In this document: piece by piece, positions 1-48,126 of the stretch
How positions within the stretch are numbered: position 1 is the first letter of the stretch
Layout of the letters: each line of letters begins with the position of its first letter
Assembly (NCBI GenBank): GCA_030141605.1
Contig: JAQGDQ010000132.1
Coordinates: 62,001 to 126,000 of the forward strand
Reading direction: 5' to 3'
Length of the DNA: 64,000 nucleotides
Source of the DNA: Tubiluchus corallicola
Taxonomy: Eukaryota; Animalia; Priapulida
Made by a program: the position numbers and the translations under genes
The notes under the pieces: generated by a model
Databases searched by the model: none
What the model was told of the DNA's origin: nothing
Seen by the model: the letters and a program-made list of their open reading frames with translations, nothing else

Positions 1-458
1 ACTGCTGAGCCAACTAACCACGCATAAAATTTGCTACTTAAAACCGCAATGATACTGTAATAGTAAGGCATGCGAGACATCTCGGCCTTTTGGTTCTTAT
101 CATCATTAGCACTTGTTTTACTCAAAGTACGCAGCATTCATACGTTAATAGAAAAATTGGAGTTTCATAGCAATGGAAATATAGGCCTATTTCCAAATTT
201 TTATTAAAGCAGATTGCTGATATAAGCCACGTTTTCTTTATTAGGAAACCGTTACGGAGGAAATAAAAATTTAGTCGCACGAGCGACAGAACAATTTTTT
301 TGCAAAGAGCTTAAATATACACAATGCTTTGATGAATTAAGTAGCAGAGTACTTTGCTTAACAGCAATGCACAAAACAGCTACTACAGTTATAATGTCAC
401 AATATAAGTAATGTGATATACACGTGTAAGCAATAAATGAAAACATACACATAATGTA

Positions 459-643
459 CAGGGTGTTCCAAAACCAGAAGTGTACTAAAATACCAAAATT
501 CTTCATAATTTTTAGTACACCAAGCAATATTAGTGCACCGTATAAAGTCGATTAAATATGACCAGACTTGTGCTGGAATGTACAAAAACCAAGTCATATG
601 CTGTAATCTAAGAATATGCTATTGTTTCTTTTGGAATAACCTG
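459..643. mobile_element. Tc1/mariner-type MITE
   Basis: TA|CAGGGTGTTCCAAAA ... TTTTGGAATAACCTG imperfect terminal inverted repeats; right TA mutated. Confidence 0.55.
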
Positions 644-683
644 TCACTTATTCTGTAGGCATAGTAACAATATTTAATGTGAT

Positions 684-1070
684 CAGGGCCAGATTATCCT
701 ATAGGCTAGTATAGAGTGCAGCCTAGGGTCCTTCAAGTTTGGGGCTCTTCAGCTTTGGTAACATTTGGTAAAAAAAAGGTTTTTTCATTACGGTTGTGTC
801 GAAAAACGTGCTAATTTGGTTTGCGATAAATAGTAAAATAGTGGTATTTCTTAAAAAATATTTCCATTGGCAAACAAAAAAGAAAGCTATTCTAGTTTAT
901 TTGAAGAATTTGCACTAAGTTAACTGCAAGCTATGTAAAAATGTCGCTGAAATATATCAGGAGTAAAAAAATCTTCAAGACGGATGCAGGCGAGGTGGAA
1001 GGGAACTCCAGCTGAGGGGCCCCATAATTTCATTTCCATTTTTGGTAGGGGACCCAAAAGGTCATAATCC
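684..1070. mobile_element. hAT-type MITE (family copy 1), right end eroded
   Basis: Starts CAGGGCCAGATTATCCTATAGGCTAGT and ends ...GGGGACCCAAAAGGTCATAATCC; both ends are shared with the copy at 14799-15236. Confidence 0.6.
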
Positions 1071-1166
1071 TGTGGCAAATGGTATTGAGCTCTATGGTTT
1101 TATAAACCTGCAATAGTTTCGAAAATCTGAAGCCTGTGGTTTTTCCTTCAATGTTTGTAGGTTATT

Positions 1167-2485
1167 ATGGCGGATGTTGTTATTTTGAGTTTGCTGGGAA
1201 TAACGACATGTGCGTACGCATACTACGTGGAGACCCGCAAGGAGCAGGACCCCTCCTACCGTGCAATGTGTGACTTCAACGAGTCGATGAGCTGTTCTAG
1301 AGTTCTAACTTCTAAGTAAGTCTGGTTTAAACAAAAACGTAAAACACGAGATATGAAGATAGGAAAAAAGAAAAGAAAGCATTGGGAGAATGGGGGCTGA
1401 AAAAGAGAGAGGGGCAGAAAAACGGAAAGAAAAAGAGGAGCAGAGAGAGAGAGAGAGAGAAAGAGAGAAGAGAGCTCGAAAAGGAGGGAGAAAGATAGAA
1501 GAGAGTGAAAGCTTTTGAGAGGTTATTTAGAGGGAGAGAGAGAGAGTTGGGGAAAGAGACACCAGTTTCGGTAACCATATACCTACTTGTGAAAGGAATA
1601 CCAATTTCAGTAACCATATACCTACCTGTGAGAGAGATACTAATTTCATTAACCATATATATATGTACCTACCTGTATTGCTATAATTGTTGTCACTTTT
1701 AGGTATGCAAAAGGATTTGGAGTGGTTGAAATGCTATTAGGCAAAGCACATTTTCTTAACAAGCCAAATTCACTCCTTGGTATGATTTTCTACGTAACGC
1801 AACTTCTTCTTAGTAAGTACCAGACCGTAATGATTTTAATGTTTAATATTTAACGATTAATCAGCTAGTGTCTCTGAAAGCATTTGTATTGAGACCTATG
1901 TAGGTTTACGTTCATTATGACTCATTTTTAATTGCTAATTACCGTAGAAAACAATGAAATGAATATGACCGTATTCGTTTTTAAGGAATAACTGTTACTA
2001 CTACTATTATTATTATTATTTAATAATAATTATTATTATTATTATTTAATTAAAGGTATACTAGTCTTCGTTGGCTGAATGATTTTAGTAGATGGCGACA
2101 GTGGTGGGTTAGCAAAAGACTATCACGCATAACGCAGTCACATTTATTGCCGAGAAAAAAGCATAGACATAGACATAATAAGCAGGAGTTTTTTAAAGCA
2201 CATATAATGTATATAATGCAGGAACTTTGTAGAAAAACTATGTTAATTTTTATTAACTATATTATTCTCTTTGCAGGTTTCATAAAAACACCCATGACAT
2301 GCGCAGTACTCTTTTATACATCTTTAGTATCGTGTGTCGGGTCCATTTATCTCGCATATATTCTTTTTGTAATTTTAAAAGACGTGTGTGTAGTGTGCAT
2401 TGCCACATACATCATTAACGGAAGTTTAGTGTATATAAATTACCACAATTATATGAGTATTATGAACAAACAATACCTCCTCTGA
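1167..2485 (+). CDS. VKORC1: Vitamin K epoxide reductase (VKORC1/VKORC1L1 family), 3 coding exons, 155 aa
   Basis: Exons 1167-1315, 1703-1812, 2277-2485 (149+110+209 nt, GT-AG, frame closes). Translation MADVVILSLLGITTCAYAYYVETRKEQDPSYRAMCDFNESMSCSRVLTSKYAKGFG...LNKPNSLLGMIFY...LKDVCVVCIATYIIN...QYLL*. Shows the loop cysteine pair, SxY/WxxGFG, NxPNS and the active-site CxxC typical of VKOR. Could be co-orthologous to both vertebrate paralogues. Confidence 0.95.
1553..1660. repeat. Three-copy minisatellite of about 39 bp in VKOR intron 1, after a purine-rich tract (1360-1550)
   Basis: Unit ...ACCA(G/A)TTTC(G/A)GTAACCATATACCTAC(T/C)TGTGA repeated. Confidence 0.8.
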
Positions 2486-2694
2486 GATATTACCGTAATT
2501 ATATTTGTGCTTTACAAGTTTACATATAATATTATAAATTTTAGCCGCTGTTGGCCTACAAACACTGTACATTTTATGAATATATCAATAGTTCAATATT
2601 TTACAAATAAATATTCCAGGCAAGAATTTTTGCTTTGTGATATTCAAGAAAACAGAGTTGATACATGTTTTGTGACTTAACATAATGAAAAATG

Positions 2695-2708
2695 GTTTCC
2701 ATGGCAAC
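2695..2708. promoter_or_regulatory. RFX X-box motif
   Basis: GTTTCCATGGCAAC, canonical GTYNCY-AT-RGNAAC match. Confidence 0.4.
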
Positions 2709-2871
2709 CAACGAAAAATTTCCTGTGGCAGCCTCAAAAGTTTGGAATAATTTGTCTTAGGAATGATAATGAAGCCTGTGAAGTACCACCAGAGAAAGGA
2801 GGGCAGTCAACGGCGAACGCATATAACTATTGTAGCTTCTCATAGATCTAACAGATAATTAACATGAGTCG

Positions 2872-2885
2872 CCAGTAGAGGGCGC
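2872..2885 (+). promoter_or_regulatory. CTCF core-motif match between the convergent VKOR and MAPK7 genes
   Basis: CCAGTAGAGGGCGC matches the CTCF consensus CCASYAGRKGGCRS at all 14 positions, in an otherwise very AT-rich region. Confidence 0.5.
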
Positions 2886-3528
2886 TTCATAGAAGAATAT
2901 ACATTAGTGGCTCTGTTGGCGTTTCATCACTAATGTAATCCAATGATTATGATAAAACATTAATTGTGTTCAGCTTGCACCATATTCATGTTACAAGGCT
3001 TTCAAAATTTGTGACTTCAAACAAATCTAGACTTAAAATGTAGCAACAAAAGTGAAATGTATGTCTGTTATATGATGTTTTGAAAAAGTGATGATAATAT
3101 GAAGCTCTAAACTGACAGCCACATTCTTTTATATTTTCCCTGATGAATGAGAACAATAACCAATCTGTACTCAATCACAGATGAAGTTCGCTTCTTGCAG
3201 GCACATATTTACTTACTAAGGTTGGTGCTACCTAACTACTGTGGCAAAACTTGCACTACGATCACTCAACTATTTACCTTGCGCCTAAGATGCAGTATAT
3301 TTCACTTTACAACCTCAGTTAGTTGTTGTCTTTTTCCTTCAAAGAGTAACTTATATATATATTAACCAATATATATAGGTAGGTGGCCTTACAGTTTAAT
3401 TCCTTTGGTACTGTCCAGTTACTTCATTTTTAGTCTTTTTACGATACCATGACGAGTTTTAGAACACTCAGCACTTACTGCTCACTGAAATATCACATAT
3501 GGATGTTCGTGCAGGTAATGAGTGACAA

Positions 3529-3730
3529 CAGTCAAACCTTGTTACAATGCCCCCTTCAGAATGCTAGCTTCGTTTAATACGCATTTTTGGCAAGAGAAAT
3601 TGTCTATATTTGCACAGATGTATTAATGCACCTCGTTATAATGCCAAACTCGCTTAATGCGATTTTGACTTATGACTAACACCAATCTTTTCTGGAATCC
3701 CAAGATGGGCGGTGTAAGGAGGTTAGACTG
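3529..3730. mobile_element. Tc1/mariner (pogo-like) MITE, copy 1
   Basis: TIRs CAGTCAAACCTTGTTACA / TGTAAGGAGGTTAGACTG|TA; internal TGTATTAATGCACCTCGTTATAAT shared with 54026-54241. Confidence 0.7.
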
Positions 3731-4351
3731 TATACTGAATATGTTGCAAAAAAGCAAGCATTCCAATACCATAGCATAACGTTATTAATGTACTTAGGAA
3801 TTACACATAAATTGTAACATACTGTAATACATTATATTGTTGTCATAATATAATACAAACATTCGGTATGTATAGCAATAATAAATAATATATGTTCCAG
3901 ATTTCCACAGGAAAGGCACACACAAAAACAGCCTGTTTACAAAACATCACGGTTAGCACCAATAACAATAAATAATAGAAATATAAAAATGATAAACTAC
4001 CAAAATAAGTTATTTAAAAGATACTTACTATACAGATAAACAAATGAACTTATATTACATGCTGGATGAACAAAGTGCAAAAATTACCAATCTACTTTGT
4101 TTAAAGGACAAGTCAGTTAGCATGCTGGTTTATTTTACTGTTATCGCTTCAATTTAGAAAAAATATAACAAAGAAATACATGCAAAAAATTGCCTATAAC
4201 TAAAAAGTTAATTTATACTACCACTGCATAGAAATTTACAGATGAGGTTGTTGCTGCCATTCACTTGAAAATCACGACGTAACTGGTGTTTCGTGACTTT
4301 TCTCAAGTGCATCGTGGCTTCTGGAGCTTATCTGATATCATATAACTAACT

Positions 4352-4414
4352 ATTGGGAGCGCCAAAAACATGAAATAGTTGCGACTTTAAAGTGATTTTA
4401 CTAATTACATGAGG
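4352..4414 (-). repeat. Dispersed repeat, 3 copies in the window
   Basis: TGTAATTAGTAAAATCACTTT core also at about 13405-13465 (+) and 26271-26335 (+). Confidence 0.7.
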
Positions 4415-4999
4415 TGCTCATTACACTTTTATTATTAAATCCTTCTAACATTTTCTGCAAAAATTGAAATAAGACTAACTTCGCTGGACGCTTGACTTTT
4501 CCTTTAAGAAACCGGACAAATGATGTTAATAACAACATCTTTTCTCTGCTCTGAAAGGAAGAATTTTCTCACTCTGAAGAGGAAATCATTAAAACATGAA
4601 TAACCCACAGTAATTAGCTGACTACAGAAAGCTAACTGTTGATACAGAAAGTAACTGTTGCAGAAAATTGCCTCAAAAAGCTTAATCATGGCATCTCAAA
4701 ATTGTAATGAAACAAAATTTTCATTACTTAATTAGGTTTCAAGATTCAAATTATTACCATACACTGCAGCTACATAACACGTATGACAGTATCAAAGTAA
4801 TCATGCAGCAAATTTACAACAAATTTAACAATATTGATTAACATGCAATTAGTCACAATGGTTAATTTTATTCAGGATAAAAAACGAGAATTAAATTCTA
4901 CGAAATTGTGATTAATTAAGACAGTTACGGAACTAAAATGTGCATGACCCAGGATAAGAGAATAGGGAAGGAGTTAACAGTTCTCCACACAATTTAAAT

Positions 5000-5085
5000 A
5001 CCCTAACCTTAATCCTAACCCCAACCTTAATCCTAACCCTAGTCTTAACCCTAACTCTAACCCTTATCCAAACCGTAACACTAAT
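5000..5085. repeat. Degenerate (CCCTAA)n telomere-like tract
   Basis: About 14 imperfect CCCTAA/CCTTAA/TCCTAA units downstream of the MAPK7 stop. Confidence 0.75.
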
Positions 5086-5565
5086 CTGCTTCATGAACTA
5101 ATTTTTTGTGTGTGCGGAATTGTAAACTTTAGCCGAGAATAGATATTGTCAATTTTAGGCAAGCGAAATAAAAAGAGGTGGATAATACAATTAAAATTAT
5201 TGACAGACAGATACCAATGCCAGCCAAGCATAAGACAAATGATGCCTGAGAAAACCAGCTTGACATAATATAGTTTAGCAGTTTAAGTATACATACTTTA
5301 AAAAACGTAAAGCCACAGTTTAATGCTGATGCTGTATGAACTACTGACAGGCTAGTACAGTTGATGAAATTTACTATCAATAAGCTAAAACTCCATGATG
5401 ATTTGAAGTCTGCAGCATTAAAGCAAATAGCCAAGAAACCAGTGGCATAGCCAGGTTCTAGAGTTTGAGGGAGTAAGTACATAAAAAGCCACAGTGACAC
5501 CGAATCAGAGTCCAACGAAAACCAACTGGTTTTACAATATACCACATTGATCAATAATGACACAG

Positions 5566-18327
<12,762 letters not shown>

Positions 18328-18699
18328 GGCAACATAATTATCCCAGGTCTCTTAGCACTGCAACATCACTAAGATACATTACTATATTAGCTGAAGATGA
18401 ACTTCCTTCAATTGCAGTTTATTTGTTTATAATAAATGAGTGTTCAAGTGAAATGAAAACTCCACAAGTTAGGCAGTATACCACTTTGACAGTATGAATT
18501 ATAAAACGTCATTCATAACATGAGTACGCCTACTAGTACTACTACTAGTAGAAGTACTACTACTATACTGTAGCGTAGGCTGTTAGTGTTACAAAACCTA
18601 AAAAGTATAGTAGAGAAAAATCTTATCATATGGCTTTGCATGTCCATTGTTATAGGCGTAGTGACATTTATATCCTTAATCTAAAACTTTTAGTAGGGT

Positions 18700-19480
18700 G
18701 GCTGACGCGCGCCGCCATATTGTGGGAGATGAAGGTGGAACATCATTTTCTAGCATATTTCGGTTATCAGTATTCAAAAAATATGAAAGTAAGTTAAAAA
18801 TCAAATTAATACAGTTAAACTACTGTTGTCGGTCTTTTATTTACCGAAATTTAATTTTCCGTACTGTCCTAAGTTTTGAGCAGGAAACTTGTGAAGTTGT
18901 CAAAAACGGCTTTACTGCAATCGATCCGTCAGCGTGACATCAAAAATGGCCCCGATTTGAAAATTTCGATGGGTATTTTCAAATCAATTTGCGGCCCGGA
19001 CTAACAGCTTCATTTTCGATATTATCAGCCTTACCTGGGTAAAAAAGGTCGGCAAATTTTTCTGAAAACCGAGCCACAATTAAATTACAACATTTTGGCC
19101 GTCAAAATAGCGTTTCTTTTTTTCGCGCTGCGGTATTAGGCCTTCAAAGAGTGGAAATCTTATTGGCTCGCATATAAAAATATTCTTAAATGTGTTATCT
19201 TAATTCTAAAACACGTAATGATTGGATAAAATGAGTTAGTCCGGGCCGCATTTGTCCATTTAGAGAACCCGGTTTGTAATGAAAACTCCTCCTTTGCCTC
19301 CTCGCTGATTGGACAATTCGGGTGATGTCATGTACAGCTTGAGCTGTGACAAGGCGCTTTGCGATTGGTTGCTGGAAGTAAATATATTGTAGATGGGCGC
19401 AGCGCCTGAAAGATGTATTGTGAAAGCCAATATCAAAAGGTGGAACTTATCTAACCGCAAGAGTATACTTCTGGGTAAGT
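18700..19480. promoter_or_regulatory. CpG-richer, probably bidirectional promoter region upstream of MAPK7
   Basis: YY1-like GCCGCCATATTG 18711-18722 and AAAATGGC 18943-18950; E2F-like TTTCGCGC 19121-19128; ATTGG (CCAAT) boxes at 19162, 19221, 19308, 19364; minus-strand donor CAG|GTAAGG at 19034 and plus-strand donor TGG|GTAAGT at 19475 pointing away from each other. Confidence 0.6.
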
Positions 19481-22019
19481 TATTGAACTTTTGTTGTTTA
19501 CTACTGTACCGTGTATTCGCCGTGTCTACTACTGTACCTGTATTCGCTTTGTGTCTTGTGCCTGTATGCTTGCTTATACTTGTACTTGCGCTCTTATATG
19601 GTATTTGTTAAAGTTCTACTACAGTTTTTTTATTGTTTAACTATTTCTTGACATTTTAATGTGCTTGCAGCCAGTTGTATGAAGTCATTTTTAAAGATGA
19701 AACCTAAAAGTTTATACTGATTAATTAATTTCACCTCAAAAGTACTTTATCGCTATAACATTGGTTCAAATGCTTTTTAAATTTAAGGATACTTTGTGTG
19801 GGCCTAGCTAATGCAGGTAAAGTTTTGCTTATTACTCGAGCTGAAATTACTTCTGAAAGCATTAGCTGTAACTTCTAAAACAACTGCTTTGTCTAAAACA
19901 ATTTTAAATACACATTTTAGTTTTTCATGTTATTTTTTGTTTTAATCACAAGACCTTTGCTACTACATTGAATTCTATTGTTTGCACATTGCCTACCAGT
20001 ACAAAATTATTATGCCTTAAAGTCAATTGCTAATAAATTAGATGCTCTAAAATGTACTGTGTATATCCAACCAGAATCACCTCACACTCCCAAAATTATT
20101 ATGTGCAACCAATATTTTAGCCGTTTTTGTCCTATGTTAGTCACATTATAATGAAAGCAGGTTAAAGTATTTATTTGCCAAGAATTTAATTACTTCATTA
20201 ACTATTCTGACTAAACTTTAGTTTTGGCTAAAGGTTTTCCAGTCAACAAAACTAAGATAAACAAAACTATTAATTTTAATATTTATTATGATGTTAAAGA
20301 ATAATTATGAGAAACTTAAATATTGAAAACTTGTTTTTCTAGGCTTTTCAAATCTTACCTAACCTAGTGGAACCCTGCAGACCAGTAAAGTTATTATAGT
20401 GTCATCTTCATTTTGCGTTATACAACTGCTAAAAGATCAACATTTGAATTTGGAGTTCAAGATCAGATAATTAATAAACCCGCTGACATTTTTGACATCT
20501 AACGTACTATTTTAAAAATCAAAGGTTTGAGACATGTAAACTTTTGTAAATTAGCTTGTAAATGCTTGTTGTTAAAAGTAAGCTTAAATCATTAGCATCT
20601 CTTGTGCAGAAAATTCAAATTTTAGTAAAATACTTTTATACTTTACTACGATAAATTTATAGTCATATATTTTACCAACCCAATATTTGAACCACTATTC
20701 ATTTTAACTAAGTCTTCGTTTCTTCAATCTTATCTGTCCTAAAAACTCAGCAATCAACCATGAAGACATACTCAGCAGGAGTGGGTGCATCTTAGACTTC
20801 TTGTAGTTAGATGTTGTACTTGTATCCAAAAAACCCATATCAGGTTTACTTGCAATAATTTTACTTTTCGTCTTCCATTTTTACCCAAGTTTGATAACTA
20901 GGCGTAGTCTATCATTAATTCATTAAAACCTTCATATTAAGAAAGTAGTACAAAAATTGTATAATGTACTATAAAAAGAAATCAGATATGAATATTTTGT
21001 GTAGTTAACATCATTATTTATAATAAATTTACTTTGCATTATTACAAATTAAGTTTTAGTTATTTTTTAACTTTTGTCATTTTTGACTTTACCTAGCAGT
21101 AAAATAAAAAAACAAAAAAAATTGAAAAATGAACTTGACTAATAGCAGAGCAAAAAAAGTCTAAAAAAAGTAGTGAGCAAATACAAGAAAAATAAATTGC
21201 TAATAGATCTGCTGCAAAACCCTAGTGTACGATTTGTATGGGACATAATATACAATGAACATATTCTAGGCAAGTTAAAATCTAGTACACATTTGAAATT
21301 GAGAAACAGGAATTGTAAGCTCTACATATATTGCAAGTTACAGCACACAGTCATATTGCAATAACTGTATTTGGCAATTTTGTATCCCAGATAATGTTAC
21401 AAGACATTTCATTGCAGGCAGTTAATCCTACCGAGCTAGACACTGAGCTAACAGTACATTTAACTACATCCAAAAAATACATGCACTGTCGATTAGATGC
21501 ACCTGGAAATTGCAAACTTGTCATGCAGCTTTCGCACTAGAAAAATTTCATTATACGTACATAACAAAAATTAAAAACATCAATTAGATATGCCCGAAAA
21601 AAGGAAAAAAATACATTAAAACAGGTGTGATCAAGGGGTGCATTACATGCACCTGGAGAAATTGCAGACCTATTATGTATCCAGCTTTTCCATGCTGTAT
21701 CATTTCTTAAGAAACGTATCTGGGTATCTGAGAAAAGGTAACAATTGGCATTTAAAATTATAAAATAAAACAGTTATCGATTAGTTGTGTCAGGTGAAAC
21801 TAATTAAGAATTTCCAGCAATAGGTTTTGTGGAGCCCTTGATAACCGTTCTTGGGTACTAAAACGCACATCATTAATTATGATTTGGTTAATATTTATAT
21901 TATACCATGAAGTAACAAAAATGATAAAAATATCAATTAGATGTGCCTGGAAGTAGGTCATCAATGCATTAAAACAGGTGTAATCAAGGTAGTACATGCC
22001 CTATGATAAAAGATTACAG

Positions 22020-22845
22020 ATTTAAGGTATTATTTTTGAAAAAAATAACTTTAAAATGCTCTTGGATTAGTTCTACAAAGAATTAATTAATGCGTTGCCA
22101 TGACAACGGAGTTTCTTCATCCTAGATTTTTACCTGTACAAGAGGAAAACATGGACTTGGCACTAAACACAGAAAAATCACTTCAATGGCTGTGTGTAAC
22201 CAACTAAATCCCACTTTCTAAAACGCATAGTTTTCATATCGTAAATTTCGTAATACTCACGAAAATGCTGTTTTCCCGGTTTTTCCTGTAAAAATTTTCC
22301 CTAGCATAAATCTGAAGATGCAAAGTGTTTATGAATATCTGTTCTATGTACACTGAGCTACCAAAAGTCATATTAACAATTAACTACCAGCTGAATTGGC
22401 ATTTTTTATAACAGTCCAAAGTTGACAAGTTAGCACACTTTCGTAAAAGGTCCATTTTCACACCTGTTAAGGTAAAACATCATTTGGATGAATTTTGGAT
22501 GCTGGAAAAATGAATACTATGTTGCCATAGGACTTGATATGATTATTTCTCGTGAAATGCACTCCATTTAACAACACTAACATACTGAAACCTGTATTTG
22601 GAATTTTTAGTTATAAATAATAGAATGCTAAAAGTACAATTTTTAACTTTTTGCTCAAACCGGACTTAGCCATTTTTTGTTACTCCTAAAACGCGAGCGT
22701 TTTTTTGAACTTTAACTGACCGCCATTTCAAGACAAACTAATTATTTTAAATCTGGTTTTTTTTAATTAACTATATGCTCATAGCACTGTCAAATGAGCA
22801 CAGTTGCGACTATGGTGGCGCGCTCTACAATTTTCGTTCAGCCAC
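22020..22845. mobile_element. Probable non-autonomous DNA element cut by the N gap
   Basis: Composition shift, X-box-like GTTGCCATGACAAC at 22094, GC-richer end running into nnnnn at 22846-22850; boundaries approximate. Confidence 0.35.
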
Positions 22846-22850
22846 NNNNN
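22846..22850. other. Assembly gap / undetermined bases
   Basis: nnnnn in the sequence. Confidence 1.
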
Positions 22851-23459
22851 ACTTTTAGAAATAGTTCAAGCTTGTGATCAGCTGTTCGACGTGTTTTTCC
22901 TAACATAGGCCTATGTAATTATGACTACGATGGAACTGCAAATACAAGTAACAGCAATTATACATCTGATTAAGCTCACCAACGACGCAGCACAGTCCTT
23001 CTCAATTAACAGCACATGAGAGCTGGCAAGGCTGTAATTACCTACTATAGTACAATCACAGTGAGTTTCTGTTTATATATTAAACAGAATTTCTAAAAAT
23101 AGCACTTGACACGTGCTAGCATAAACACCGAAATTGGCCTTTGATTTGAAATAATACAAAAATTTATTCATGAAAGCCATTATTTCTTTCCGTGTTGTTG
23201 TGAAAAGTTGCCCATTTAAAAAACAAAGCAATCATGTTTTTATCAAAGCCAAAAATATTGATAACAAGTGAGTAAACACAAATCATATTAGGCTTTTATT
23301 CTATTTTGTTTTAATCAGTGACCAGTTTCACACGCTACCCCTGGTGGAAAACCGCGAAACAGCGGAGCTGGAATTGTGAAAACATGTGAAATTGCGAATT
23401 TTAATAAAGTTTACATTATTCTTTTAAACTTTGGAAATAAAAGAACCTCACATAGCAAT

Positions 23460-48126
<24,667 letters not shown>

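Noticed and set aside
1327-1702. ORFs in VKOR intron 1
   Set aside because: Derived from the purine-rich tract and minisatellite.
5000-5085. True telomere or chromosome fusion site
   Set aside because: Short, highly degenerate and in a single orientation; typical of repeat-embedded CCCTAA tracts.
5129-5563. 144-aa minus-strand ORF right after the MAPK7 stop
   Set aside because: Begins at a GTG rather than ATG, is not in the MAPK7 frame so not a readthrough extension, and has no recognisable motif; probably 3' UTR.
23334-23347. Second CTCF-like site near the DDB1 start
   Set aside because: Reverse complement CCACCAGGGGTAGC has two mismatches in the GGC core.
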